A DNA stretch of 64,000 nucleotides, from positions 128,001 through 192,000 of the forward strand of contig CAWDTA010000003.1 of assembly GCA_963805085.1 (NCBI GenBank), read 5' to 3'. Below, in pieces: positions 52,001 to 59,656 of this stretch; the stretch's first letter is position 1; each line of letters starts with the position of its first letter. The stretch is from an uncultured Veillonellaceae bacterium (lineage in GTDB: Bacteria; Bacillota; Negativicutes; JARBTT01). The notes beneath the pieces are model-generated. The model was not told the DNA's origin and did not search any database. It saw only the letters and a program-made list of their open reading frames with translations. The position numbers and the translations under genes were made by a program.

Positions 52001-52563
52001 TAAATGGGGGAGGATCTCCTGTGGTTGATTCCATTGAAATCAAAGCCTTGTCCGATGTTTATAATCTTGGCAATCAAGCATTATCATCATGCGTTATTGG
52101 GTCTGTCAAGCCTAATATCGGACATCTGTTATTGACGTCAGGCTTGGCGGGATTCATCCGTTGTGTGCTAAGCGTGTATCATAAACAGATTCCACCATTT
52201 TTATCTGCTTTAGATCCATTTAATTATTATGATTTTTCCTCATCACGAATTGAATTTAACAGAAAAACAATCGATTGGAGGGTAGATCCGGGAAAGAAGC
52301 GTTTGGCAGCGCAGAACTCTTTCCCAGACGGAGGTACCAATTGTCATCTTTTAATCGAAGAGTTTGTGCCTGATGGGATCTATCAGCAACAGTATTTTTC
52401 GAGGAAAATTCCAAAGATGACGAAAAAACGCTTTCCTTTACCTCAATCATCGTTGATGGAACCTTCTTTAATTATTGCAGAATCAAGTGAAAAACAAACA
52501 GATAAGAAGAGAAAACAACATAATTGTGGGGCAATACCAAGCTTATGGGGGGAAATATCGTGA
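40006..52563 (+). CDS. trans-AT PKS 2: DH-KR-ACP-KS-DH-KR-ACP-KS-KR-ACP-KS0
   Basis: GAGGAG RBS before ATG 40006. DH motifs HVVKG and HLVKG; third KR reads HCAGLVSKN; ACPs GIDSV, GIDSV and GVESI. The last KS has INGGGS in place of HGTGT. Confidence 0.95.
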   Translation: MKDFLEYIFCEVKNKRLAKTDAKDLIRQFQTNSKSCFLHPMLQQNTSDFSEQRFSSIFTGEEFFLTDHVVKGQRILPGVAYLEMARAAVEQAAGVGEERRVGIRFKNLVWTKPIAIGKQPMQIHIGIHPDDNGEIAYEIYSEPQKENTEPIIHSQGSAALCAVTEGLTLDLLSLRTQCNQGIFSSSQCYEVFRAVGLDYGPSHQGIEQIYVGQEQVLAKLTLPATVSDTKDQFILHPSLMDAALQASLMISASDVKLALPFALQELKIFEKCTSTMWALIRYSEGSKAKDKMKKIDIDLCDEQGRVCVRMKGLSSRVLEGKVDSVTDTEAIGTLMLQPSWQEKIVDSEATMPEYDRHLVMLCESHDISQEDIENQINGVRCLTLHAEQEGIESRFNNYAVQAFEQIKNILKDKHMGKVLVQIIVINQGEQQLFAGLSGLLKTAQLENPKLIGQLIEMEPGKKIEEIIEKLKENSRSPIDNHIRYQENKRCVASWNKVDVSKEAVKIPWKDQGVYLITGGAGGLGLIFAKEIAHKVKDATLILTGRTSLKKDKQAKLKELEELGAKIVYKQVDMTQKEAVVDLIESIRKDFKNLNGIIHSAGVIKDNFILKKTKEELQAVLAPKVTGLVNLDQASRELNLDFFVLFSSTTGAMGNPGQVDYATANAFMDVYAKFRHDLVNSGQRYGQTLSINWPLWQEGSMRVDTKTEKMMKENTGMIPMRTDVGIQALYQGLASGKSQVLVAEGNLKQLEVTLLEAQQFNKETPSHSEKNKAVPEIDQDWLKEKAENYFKKLLSTIIKLPAERIEIDAPMENYGIDSVMIMQLINQLEKVFGSLSKTLFFEYQNIKELTGYFLESHRDRLTELLGIEGKEVANAVSSEFITEVEDEKPAISRRKHSRFASMHIDAQLEKEKEAKDIAIIGLSGRYPGARTVQEFWQNLKNGKDCITEIPKDRWDYTLYFDENKDIPGKIYSKWGGFLEGVDQFDPLFFNISPREAEFMDPQERLFLQCVYETLEDAGYTREVLGSYRNFGLEGNVGVYVGVMYEEYQLYGAQEQSQGRPTALSGSPSSIANRISYFCNFHGPSMALDTMCSSSLTAIHLACQSLQKGGCELAIAGGVNVSVHPNKYLLLSQNKFVSSKGRCESFGQGGDGYVPGEGVGAVLLKPLSKAVADGDHIYGIIKATAINHGGKTNGYTVPNPNAQASVIDAALKEAGLNPRLISYVEAHGTGTSLGDPIEITGLTKAFQEYTKDKQYCAIGSAKSNIGHCESAAGIAALTKVLLQIKHCQLVPSLHSKTINTNIDFSSTPFIVQQELEEWKRPLIEINGQSQEYPRIAGISSFGAGGANAHVVIEEYIPDQARTLITVTQEKPAMIVLSAKSEECLKERSQQLLSAIQTQQFSDTDLVDIAYTLQVGREVMDERLAITAVSIRELEEKLQGYLDGKENIDDFYRGQVKRNKETLAVFTADEELQQAIGKWIQRGKYAKLLNLWVKGLFFDWNELYSGTKPQRISLPTYPFTKERYWVPEIETKRSSISAITAFGHPLLHQNTSDLAEQRFTSIFTGQEFFLADHLVKGHNVLPGVTHLEMARAAVQQAAGDLQEEKIQIQLQNIVWIRPVIVEEKPVKIHIGLYPEERGQIAYEIYSQPDQVNVDPIVYSQGIALLNTAQDAPVLELRDLQADCNQSVLSVSKLYETFKEMGIDYGPAQQGIEQLYTGQNQVLARLKLPTSITATQGQFVLHPSMMDAALQASIGLLMDTTLPNKPILPFALQELKIFEKCTSTMWALIRYSEGSKAKDKMKKIDIDLCDEQGRVCVRMKGLSSRVLEGKVDSVTDTEAIGTLMLQPSWQEKIVDSEATMPEYDRHLVMLCESHDISQEDIENQINGVRCLTLHAEQEGIESRFNNYAVQAFEQIKNILKDKHMGKVLVQIIVINQGEQQLFAGLSGLLKTAQLENPKLIGQLIEMEPGKKIEEIIEKLKENSRSPIDNHIRYQENKRCVASWNKVDVSKEAVKIPWKDQGVYLITGGAGGLGLIFAKEIAHKVKDATLILTGRTSLKKDKQAKLKELEELGAKIVYKQVDMTQKEAVVDLIESIRKDFKNLNGIIHSAGVIKDNFILKKTKEELQAVLAPKVTGLVNLDQASRELNLDFFVLFSSTTGAMGNPGQVDYATANAFMDVYAKFRHDLVNSGQRYGQTLSINWPLWQEGSMRVDTKTEKMMKENTGMIPMRTDVGIQALYQGLASGKSQVLVAEGNLKQLEVTLLEAQQFNKETPSHSEKNKAVPEIDQDWLKEKAENYFKKLLSTIIKLPAERIEIDAPMENYGIDSVMIMQLINQLEKVFGSLSKTLFFEYQNIKELTGYFLESHRDRLTELLGIEGKEVANAVSSEFITEVEDEKPAISRRKHSRFASMHIDAQLEKEKEAKDIAIIGLSGRYPGARTVQEFWQNLKNGKDCITEIPKDRWDYTLYFDENKDIPGKIYSKWGGFLEGVDQFDPLFFNISPREAEFMDPQERLFLQCVYETLEDAGYTREVLGSYRNFGLEGNVGVYVGVMYEEYQLYGAQEQSQGRPTALSGSPSSIANRISYFCNFHGPSMALDTMCSSSLTAIHLACQSLQKGGCELAIAGGVNVSVHPNKYLLLSQNKFVSSKGRCESFGQGGDGYVPGEGVGAVLLKPLSKAVADGDHIYGIIKATAINHGGKTNGYTVPNPNAQASVIDAALKEAGLNPRLISYVEAHGTGTSLGDPIEITGLTKAFQEYTKDKQYCAIGSAKSNIGHCESAAGIAALTKVLLQIKHCQLVPSLHSKTINTNIDFSSTPFIVQQELEEWKRPLIEINGQSQEYPRIAGISSFGAGGANAHVVIEEYIPDQARTLITVTQEKPAMIVLSAKSEECLKERSQQLLSAIQTQQFSDTDLVDIAYTLQVGREVMDERLAITAVSIRELEEKLQGYLDGKENIDDFYRGQVKRNKETLAVFTADEELQQAIGKWIQRGKYAKLLNLWVKGLSFDWNELYSGTKPQRISLPTYPFTKERYWVPEIKDASNRNLAQIESSHSEKTEKFILTKEWCEKNIDAKEDVHAGLIVVLGTSATTDLAQVLFEATETTQVVSVIHGETHSPEEISTDFYSSSAGESLYQQIKDIQNGNKLLGVIDITAYDGAYEQSTTVESGKITFLQKMIENDRSEGYRLLQVTHKLHAFQLAKTTLQGARMAGLYRMLGAEYKQIQTITMDSDCLIQDHETLVKQIQAEFLYTDKENFTEFCYRNNQRYQPYLNLAQTNDEIQEKLQMPASYGENDVILITGGAQGIGASIAKHLVSHGAKNLVIMGREALPEPSEWSNILINKEKTGMEEKIKRLQFLIDRGAKVRYYSIPLTDEKGIKAIAQNIRHDLGPITGVFHCAGLVSKNPAFFKKQLQDFVAVCEPKMKGLVALHRALVEEPLKFFILFSSISSIVPTLATGQSDYAAANAYMDYYALNQAGEGKHYFKSIQWPAWGETGMATRGMRTPAYVETGLVSLTTNDGLAFLEIIMKTTPYIVSLPCVVVPSEFTSKYLLKSLQGEKESRQASRRKIEMMPEASVDLRMLIIQWLKQVFSTELKLKLAQLDNDKPFYEYGVESIMLVQLTQILSEGVGQTLDPALLLQHSTISALADYFMANNAENLQKTFKLETIMATEFSPTDGSCSINNTLSPSLNAASQSSSKSISIRQPIGTNQLEKLVEDIAVVGLSCRFPDSPTKEKYWDLLTKGVTAIRSVPKQRWIPRENRQDYGGWIEDVELFDPNFFNINEQDAAIMDPQARIILEESLRAIYDAGYEHKQLSGQKIGVYIGGRSQPNMNLNAVLKAPNPILGMGQNYLATNISRCFNFKGPSLVVDTACSSGITGMMFACDSLREGRIDMGLVGAVNVLVSPYAHDLFAARNILSKSGEFHIFDQRSDGEVLGEGAGVVLLKRLRDAVKDGNHIYGVIKAIAENNDGQTLGPGSPNMNAQKQVMQDALTLSGKQPTDIGYIEINGGGSPVVDSIEIKALSDVYNLGNQALSSCVIGSVKPNIGHLLLTSGLAGFIRCVLSVYHKQIPPFLSALDPFNYYDFSSSRIEFNRKTIDWRVDPGKKRLAAQNSFPDGGTNCHLLIEEFVPDGIYQQQYFSRKIPKMTKKRFPLPQSSLMEPSLIIAESSEKQTDKKRKQHNCGAIPSLWGEIS
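40779..44582 (+). repeat. Direct repeat copy 1 (about 3.8 kb, DH C-terminus-KR-ACP-KS)
   Basis: Matches 45294-49097 at offset 4515; I spotted only two substitutions by eye. Confidence 0.95.
45294..49097 (+). repeat. Direct repeat copy 2 (about 3.8 kb)
   Basis: The same set of shadow ORFs recurs at +4515 (for example 42716 vs 47231 and 43843 vs 48358). Confidence 0.95.
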
Positions 52564-55500
52564 AATATAGTTTAACAATAACCACAGAGCATCCGATAGT
52601 CAAAGGTCACATGGTTTATGAGGAAAATTTGCTGCCGGGATTGGCCTATATTGATATGCTGTATCATTTGGCGCAAGATAGCGTGGGACTAGATTATAGG
52701 AAGCATTGCTTGAAGCGTTTGACTATTTACACTCCCTTAATCGTGAGAGAAAATCGTCCAGTAAAGCTCGAAATTCTGTTTGATAGGGTATCAGATTATT
52801 GGAAAATTGCAGTTGAGGGGACGGAAACAGACGAGCATGGCGGTCCATTACCGAAAAAATTGTACATCACGGCTGAATTACATGAAGAAACAATACGATT
52901 TGAAGAACAAATAGATATTGAAGCCATAAAACATGCAGCTATGCAGTGCGTGGATATGGAAACGGTGTATGCAAAAGCCAGAAAACTAGGATTGGTTCAC
53001 CAGGGGATGATTAAGGCCAGAGGAAATATCTTTCTGACAGACTTCGGGTGTTTAATTGAAGTTAAAGTGGATGAGGCTTATCACGATGAAGAACCAAAAG
53101 TGCTTTTTCATCCCACCCTCATTGATGGTGCTGCAATGGCAACGGGGATTTTAGAAGGTAAAGACGATAAAGGAAACAATGAAGACCTATACATTCCATT
53201 GTTTTATGAATCATTTATCTCAATAGAACCCCTGCATACCCATTGTTATGCCAGGGTAAAGTCGTCTTCGTTCCGTAGGGTTAATGATGTTTGTACAACA
53301 GATATTGCGTTTTTTAACAAAGCGGGAAAACAGGTTGCGCAGCTAAATGGAATAACTGCAAAACGGATACGTTTTAAGGAACAGATTAACCCGGATTTGA
53401 AAAAAGAAACTGTTTTATCTGCTGTTCAAGGACATTCTGTTTCTGATGAGCCTTATCAATATCAAATCGAGACAACCTCAACGTACATCGAAAGTCTCTT
53501 ACGGAAGATATTTTCTAGGCACCTCAATCAGCCGGCATCTAAGATTGACATAAATTCAGGTTTCTATGAATTTGGTCTAGAATCATCCCAATTAATGGCT
53601 ATAGTGAATGATATTGAAAAATCCTTTAGCTTATCTTTAAGTCCAACTTTGTTGTTTGAAAATAGTAATATTAGAGAATTAGTAGATTGCTTAAAAGTAA
53701 AAAAGAGAGAAAGTGGCTATGGTGCGCATGTTGAATTTGAACCTGTTGAAAAAATGGACGGCGAGTTTGGTTCGTTCGAAGAAAGTAGGAGAGTAACAGA
53801 AAAGGGAAAAGCTGTTCAAGACATTGCCATCATCGGCCTTTCAGGGCGCTACCCTGGGGCGAACAATGTTCAGGAATTTTGGCAAAATCTAAAAGACGGC
53901 AGAGATTCTATTACTGAGATTCCCAAAGATCGCTGGGATCACAGCCTGTACTTCGACGAGGATAAAAGCAAGCAAGGAAAAACATATTGTAAGTGGGGAG
54001 GATTTTTAGAAGGTGTGGATCAATTTGATCCTCTATTCTTCAATATTTCACCGCGAGATGCAGAGATGATGGATCCTATGAACCGTCTTTTTCTGGAAAC
54101 TGTTTGGAATCTACTTGAAAACACAGGATATACACAAGAAATCCTGGAACGCCAATATCAGTCCAGTGTTGGGGTTTACGTCGGCGCAATGTATCAACAA
54201 TATCATTATTTTAATTCAGATCGTATTACAGAATCGGCGATTTCTGTATCTTCCTATAGTTCTATTGCTAATCGTATTTCTTACTTTTTTAACCTACATG
54301 GCCCTAGTGTGGCTGTCGATACTGCGTGTTCTTCTTCGGCCGTTGCTATTCACATGGCCTGCGAAAGTTTGATAAATGGAGAGTGTCAGGTAGCCATTGC
54401 TGGGGGCGTAAATCTTTCCATTCATCCTAATAAATACATAGGCTTAAGCCGGATGCAATTACTTGGTAGCCATCCAAATAGTAGAAGCTTCGGAAATGGG
54501 GATGGATTTCTTCCCGCTGAAGGCGTGGGCGCGGTATTGTTAAAGCCACTCGCTAAAGCAATCAGGGATGGGGATTCCATCTTAGCCGTAATTAAATCGA
54601 CAGCGATCAATCACGGAGGGCGTACTAATGCATTTTGCGTGCCTAATCCTAATGCGCAAGCGCAACTATTCGAAGACAATTTTAAAAAATCCGGGATTGA
54701 TCCCCGGACGATCAGTTATGTTGAAGCCGCTGCCAGTGGAACGGTTTTAGGAGATCCAGTCGAAATCACTGCATTGAATAAAACTTTTAAGAAATTTACA
54801 AACGACCAGCAGTTTTGTGCAATTGGATCGGTCAAATCCAATATTGGGCACGCTGAAGCAGCTTCGGGAATCTCCCAACTTACGAAAGTGATTTTACAGT
54901 TACAACATCGACAAATGGTTCCGACGATCAAAGCGGAACCCCTGAATTCCAATATAAGTTTTGATAACACCCCGTTTTATTTGCAGCGAGAACTTCAGGA
55001 TTGGAAACGCCCTGTGGTAAAAATTGATGGATATGAACAAGAGTTTCCACGACGTGCCACGGTAAGTTCCTTTGGGGCAGGGGGATCAAATGCGCATTTA
55101 ATTATCGAAGAATATGTCCCATTACAAGAAGAATCGCATTATACCCCTTGTTCTTCAAGTACACCTCAGATTGTGGTATTTTCGGCTAAAAACCAGGACC
55201 AATTAGTAGCAGTTGTTGAGCAAATGCTTGATTTTATTGAACTTCAAAAGGATTTTTCCTTACCCGAGCTTGCTTATACGCTTCAAATAGGGCGAGAAGC
55301 GATGGAATCTCGATTAGCAATGATTGTCTGTAATCAAGAAGAGCTAATCCGGGGTATGAAGGAGTATCTCAGCAATAAGGCTGAAGTTTGCATACCTACT
55401 TTTATAGGAGATCAGGAAGGTAATCATTCGAAGTTTATAAGCCTTATAAATCTGCTTTCAGGGAAGGCAGAGCAAGCTGTTTTGCAAGTGTTTTTGGCAG

Positions 55501-56132
55501 AACAGGATTTTGAGAAAATTGCTCTTTATTGGACACAAGGCGGTAAAATTCCTTGGAAATTGTTACATGAAGATCAAAAAGTCCGCAAGATACTTTTGCC
55601 TACCTATCCTTTTGCTCGAGAACACTATTGGATCTCAGAGCAAGGAGAGGAAGATTATCAATCAACTGCTATTCAACCCGCTGTAGGCGGCGAACAGAAG
55701 ATAACCGTTGATCTTAGTAATCCAACACAGAAAAATATTCAGGATTATATTGTGCATTTTTTATCGCAGCAACTGCATCTTGCGCAGGAACAAATCAATG
55801 TAAATAAAAATCTCCAAGACTATGGTGTGGATTCAATTATTGTAATGAAAATTATGCGTGAGTTTGAAGTACGCTTTAAACTCAAAATTACAGGACGAGA
55901 AATGCTGGAACATCAAACAATTAATGCTATGTCGTCTCATCTCACTTTAAAATTAGAAGCGTTGAGTAACCAAGATATTGCTGCAATCAATGTTTTACAC
56001 ACGGAATTTCAGCCGATGGAGTTACTAGCATCACCCGTTGATGAACCAGAAATCGAAGCTTTGGAAAAATTTAAACAAGGGACACTAACTCTTGAGGAAA
56101 TAGAGAGCTTATTAGATAAAGGAGTGATATAG
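52560..56132 (+). CDS. trans-AT PKS 3: DH-ACP-KS0-ACP
   Basis: GTG start overlaps the PKS2 TGA (GTGA). DH reads HMVYEENLLPGLAYID; ACPs GLESS and GVDSI; the KS has EAAASGT in place of EAHGTGT. Confidence 0.93.
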   Translation: MKYSLTITTEHPIVKGHMVYEENLLPGLAYIDMLYHLAQDSVGLDYRKHCLKRLTIYTPLIVRENRPVKLEILFDRVSDYWKIAVEGTETDEHGGPLPKKLYITAELHEETIRFEEQIDIEAIKHAAMQCVDMETVYAKARKLGLVHQGMIKARGNIFLTDFGCLIEVKVDEAYHDEEPKVLFHPTLIDGAAMATGILEGKDDKGNNEDLYIPLFYESFISIEPLHTHCYARVKSSSFRRVNDVCTTDIAFFNKAGKQVAQLNGITAKRIRFKEQINPDLKKETVLSAVQGHSVSDEPYQYQIETTSTYIESLLRKIFSRHLNQPASKIDINSGFYEFGLESSQLMAIVNDIEKSFSLSLSPTLLFENSNIRELVDCLKVKKRESGYGAHVEFEPVEKMDGEFGSFEESRRVTEKGKAVQDIAIIGLSGRYPGANNVQEFWQNLKDGRDSITEIPKDRWDHSLYFDEDKSKQGKTYCKWGGFLEGVDQFDPLFFNISPRDAEMMDPMNRLFLETVWNLLENTGYTQEILERQYQSSVGVYVGAMYQQYHYFNSDRITESAISVSSYSSIANRISYFFNLHGPSVAVDTACSSSAVAIHMACESLINGECQVAIAGGVNLSIHPNKYIGLSRMQLLGSHPNSRSFGNGDGFLPAEGVGAVLLKPLAKAIRDGDSILAVIKSTAINHGGRTNAFCVPNPNAQAQLFEDNFKKSGIDPRTISYVEAAASGTVLGDPVEITALNKTFKKFTNDQQFCAIGSVKSNIGHAEAASGISQLTKVILQLQHRQMVPTIKAEPLNSNISFDNTPFYLQRELQDWKRPVVKIDGYEQEFPRRATVSSFGAGGSNAHLIIEEYVPLQEESHYTPCSSSTPQIVVFSAKNQDQLVAVVEQMLDFIELQKDFSLPELAYTLQIGREAMESRLAMIVCNQEELIRGMKEYLSNKAEVCIPTFIGDQEGNHSKFISLINLLSGKAEQAVLQVFLAEQDFEKIALYWTQGGKIPWKLLHEDQKVRKILLPTYPFAREHYWISEQGEEDYQSTAIQPAVGGEQKITVDLSNPTQKNIQDYIVHFLSQQLHLAQEQINVNKNLQDYGVDSIIVMKIMREFEVRFKLKITGREMLEHQTINAMSSHLTLKLEALSNQDIAAINVLHTEFQPMELLASPVDEPEIEALEKFKQGTLTLEEIESLLDKGVI

Positions 56133-57797
56133 TATGACGCGAAAAGAACTTCTCATCGCATATAAAGAAGGTAAGCTATCGACAGCTGAATTACAGGAAC
56201 AACTTCATGTGCTCAAAGAGCAATCTAACAAGAATCCTCTTTCCGAAGGCCAAAAAGGCTTGTGGATGTTGCAAAAAGTTTCACCTGAAATGAGTGCTTA
56301 TAATATTCCTTTATGCTTCCGTATTGATCAGAAACTGGATATCGAGAAGTTCAAGCAAGCCTGTAGTTTTATTCTGCAGAAGTATCCCATTCTTACAAGT
56401 GTATTTGGTGAAGATGATGGGATTCCTTACCAAATGATTCAGCCATCACAGCCGCTTGGCTGGCAGCAAGAAGATATTTCGACGCTTGAAGCTGACAAAA
56501 TTCTCCCGTATCTCAGGGAAAAAGCCAAAGAACCATTTTCACTCGAACGCGGCTCTTTAATGCGGATTCAGCTTTTGTCACGGTCTGAACAAGAACACAT
56601 TGTACTCATTGTCATTCACCATATTGTCTTTGATGGCACTTCTTCCTTGATTTTAGTTAAATCTCTACTAGAAGCATATCGAGACCTTGGTGATGGGAAG
56701 GGGGTGGAAGCAAAACCTTTCTCGACAAGCTTCAATGACTTTGTCGAATGGGAACAAGCAATGCTATCAAGTGCGGAAGGCGAAGCGCATCGTGATTACT
56801 GGAGAAAGCAATTATCTGGAACCTTACCAATATTGGAACTTCCTACAGATCGGCCTCGTCTTTCCTCACAAGGCTCAGAAGGCAAAACCTATACAAGCTT
56901 GCTTTCGCCTGAATTGACGAAACAAATAAAAACCTTTGCGCAAACCCAGAATATGAATTTGTCTATTATTTTATTAGGCATTTATAAAGTATTGCTGTAT
57001 CGCTATACAGATCTAGAGGATATTATCGTAGGAATGCCGACATTAGGACGTCCAGAAGAAAGATTTGACTCACAGATCGGCTATTTTGTGAACATGTTGC
57101 CGGTACGAAGTCAGATAAGGGATGAGCAATGCTTTTCTAAATTTATCAAAGAATTACAGCTAAATGTGATTGACGGATTGGATCATGCAGTGTATCCATT
57201 TCCCGCTATAGTCAGGGAATTAAATGTATCCCGCGAGACGAATTCGCCTGTTTTTCAAACAGCTTTTATTTACCAGAATTTTCTCCAATCAACAAGTTTA
57301 AAAACAACCGATGGTCAGGGGCAAAATTCGCTTCACATAGAGTTTATGGAGGATATTCATCAGGAAGGAGAGTTTGAGTTTGCGTTAGAAATTTTTGATA
57401 TGGACGACCATTTTACTTTAAATATCAAATATGATCCTGCTTTATATGATCATTCGACGATTAAACGAATGCTGGGGCACTATGTTAATTTAGCCGAAGA
57501 AGTTGTGAACGATCCAAACTTGCCCCTAGGAGAATATTCTTTAATATCAAGAGAGGAGCAAGCTACGATACTTAGTGACTGGAATGCGACTCAGGCGGAT
57601 TATCCAAAGGATCATACCATCCATCAACTTTTTGAAGAACAAGTAGAGAGAGCACCGGATAATACAGCAGTGGTATTTGAAGAAAGCAGCCTTACCTACA
57701 GACAGCTAAATAATAAAGCCAACCAACTTGCGAGAGTACTGCGAGAAAAAGGTGTGACACCCAATAGTATAGTTGCCATAATGGTAGAGCGATCTTT
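56121..57797 (+). repeat. Direct repeat copy 1 (RBS, docking region, C domain and A N-terminus)
   Basis: Matches 59657-61333 at offset 3536; four amino-acid differences seen. Confidence 0.95.
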
Positions 57798-59478
57798 CAC
57801 GATGGTTATCGCTATCTTGGGAATCTTAAAAGCGGGCGGGGCATATTTGCCAATCGACCCTGAATATCCGGAAGATAGAATCAAGTTTATGCTGGAAGAT
57901 AGCCAGGCAGAAATCTTATTAACTCAGAGCCATCTAAAAGAAAAGAATGAATTTGACCTAGAAGTAATCGACTTGGATAACGAAGCCGTATATACCGTCG
58001 CAGATACTAATGTGGAGATTGTCAATCAGCCAAATGACTTGGCGTATGTAATCTATACATCGGGCTCTACTGGTAAACCGAAGGGAGCCATGATTGAGCA
58101 TAAAAATGTAGTACGGTTGATGTTTAATGACAAAATGCAGTTTGATTTCAGTCAAGCCGATGTGTGGACTATGTTTCATTCCTATTGTTTTGACTTTTCC
58201 GTATGGGAAATGTATGGTGCTTTATTATACGGAGGAAAGTTAATCATTGTGTCTAAGATGATGTCTCGAGACACTAGAGAATATTTATTGCTTTTAAAGC
58301 GGGAAAAGGTAACAGTATTAAACCAAACTCCCACCGCATTTTATAACTTAATTGCTGAAGAAATAAAATGTTCGGATCGGCAACTCAACATAAGGTATGT
58401 AATATTTGGCGGTGAGGCGTTAAAGCCGGGGAAATTAAAAGATTGGAACATAAAATATCCCAAGACTGAATTAATCAACATGTATGGAATAACGGAGACA
58501 ACCGTTCATGTAACTTATAAAAAGATAACTCAGTACGAAATAAGTTTAAATATCAGTAATATCGGGAGACCCATACCAACATTAACAACCTATATCATGA
58601 GCAAAAATATGAAGTTACAACCGATAGGAGTTATAGGAGAGTTATGTGTCGGAGGAGATGGATTAGGACGGGGTTATATAAAACGCCCCGAATTGACAAC
58701 CAAAAAGTTTATTCAAAGTCCATACTGCTCCAAGGAAATAATTTATAAATCTGGAGATTTGGCTCGGTATTTACCAAATGGTGAACTTGAATATTTAGGT
58801 CGAATCGACCATCAAGTCAAGATCAGAGGGTTCAGAATTGAATTGGGAGAGATCGAAAGTCGGTTATTAAAGCACGAAACAATTAAAGAAACGATAGTGG
58901 TAGACAAAGAGGATGATTACGGAAATAAATACCTATGCGCGTATATTGTCGGCGATAGGGAGCTTAACGTGAACGAATTACGAAATTACCTGTTGCAAGA
59001 GCTGCCGGAGTATATGATTCCCTCATATTTTATCCCATTAGAAAAAATACCGCTAACATCGAATAGCAAAGTAGATAGAAAAATGTTGCCTGATCCAGAT
59101 GGCAGCATGATCACTGGTGAAGAATACGAAGCTCCAAGAAATGAGATAGAAAAAAGACTTGCACAAATATGGCAGGAAGTATTGGAAGTTAAAAATATCG
59201 GCATAAATGATAATTTCTTTGCCTTAGGCGGAGACTCAATAAAAGCAATTCAAGTGTTAACGAGGCTTCAGAGTTTTAAACTGAAATTGGACGCCAAAAC
59301 TTTATTGACGAAGCCTGTAATAAAAGAATTGAGTAAATATGTAATACGTATTGAGCAGTATATAACAAACGAAGAAGTACAAATTACATCAAGCGATACT
59401 ATTGCCCAAAGAATTGGCTTAGAAGAGTTTGACAAAATATTAAAGGAATATCAATCTAATTTAGATGAAAAAATTTAG
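56134..59478 (+). CDS. Single-module NRPS C-A-PCP, A domain predicted to activate Thr
   Basis: C motif HHIVFDG. A pocket FDFSVWE / NQTP / IFGGE / NMYGITETTVH gives the DFWNIGMV Thr code. PCP motif GGDSI. Confidence 0.93.
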   Translation: MTRKELLIAYKEGKLSTAELQEQLHVLKEQSNKNPLSEGQKGLWMLQKVSPEMSAYNIPLCFRIDQKLDIEKFKQACSFILQKYPILTSVFGEDDGIPYQMIQPSQPLGWQQEDISTLEADKILPYLREKAKEPFSLERGSLMRIQLLSRSEQEHIVLIVIHHIVFDGTSSLILVKSLLEAYRDLGDGKGVEAKPFSTSFNDFVEWEQAMLSSAEGEAHRDYWRKQLSGTLPILELPTDRPRLSSQGSEGKTYTSLLSPELTKQIKTFAQTQNMNLSIILLGIYKVLLYRYTDLEDIIVGMPTLGRPEERFDSQIGYFVNMLPVRSQIRDEQCFSKFIKELQLNVIDGLDHAVYPFPAIVRELNVSRETNSPVFQTAFIYQNFLQSTSLKTTDGQGQNSLHIEFMEDIHQEGEFEFALEIFDMDDHFTLNIKYDPALYDHSTIKRMLGHYVNLAEEVVNDPNLPLGEYSLISREEQATILSDWNATQADYPKDHTIHQLFEEQVERAPDNTAVVFEESSLTYRQLNNKANQLARVLREKGVTPNSIVAIMVERSFTMVIAILGILKAGGAYLPIDPEYPEDRIKFMLEDSQAEILLTQSHLKEKNEFDLEVIDLDNEAVYTVADTNVEIVNQPNDLAYVIYTSGSTGKPKGAMIEHKNVVRLMFNDKMQFDFSQADVWTMFHSYCFDFSVWEMYGALLYGGKLIIVSKMMSRDTREYLLLLKREKVTVLNQTPTAFYNLIAEEIKCSDRQLNIRYVIFGGEALKPGKLKDWNIKYPKTELINMYGITETTVHVTYKKITQYEISLNISNIGRPIPTLTTYIMSKNMKLQPIGVIGELCVGGDGLGRGYIKRPELTTKKFIQSPYCSKEIIYKSGDLARYLPNGELEYLGRIDHQVKIRGFRIELGEIESRLLKHETIKETIVVDKEDDYGNKYLCAYIVGDRELNVNELRNYLLQELPEYMIPSYFIPLEKIPLTSNSKVDRKMLPDPDGSMITGEEYEAPRNEIEKRLAQIWQEVLEVKNIGINDNFFALGGDSIKAIQVLTRLQSFKLKLDAKTLLTKPVIKELSKYVIRIEQYITNEEVQITSSDTIAQRIGLEEFDKILKEYQSNLDEKI

Positions 59479-59494
59479 TGGGAGGATGATCAAG

Positions 59495-59545
59495 TTGGAT
59501 AAAAATAATATTAAAGATGTCCCCTATATAGCAGGTGTATTATAG
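59495..59545 (+). pseudogene. Decayed copy of the 5' end of the downstream NRPS gene at 63045
   Basis: GGGAGGATGATCAAGTTGGATAAAAATAATATTAAAGAT is identical to 63030-63068, followed by degenerate TCCCCTAT..AGCAGG and an early TAG. Confidence 0.8.
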
Positions 59546-59656
59546 TATTAACTCAAAATAATGAGTTTAACAGGAGTGATAAGAACGTTTAACTGATTGA
59601 CTCAATTCGATTAACTAATTACTGAGTTCAATATTTGAACTTAAATATATTTATAG

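Noticed and set aside
28788-56132. Identification as bacillaene, difficidin or macrolactin
   Set aside because: Module count and order differ. No methyltransferase, beta-branching cassette or tandem ACPs are seen, and the PKS ends in KS0-ACP feeding Thr/Ser NRPS modules.
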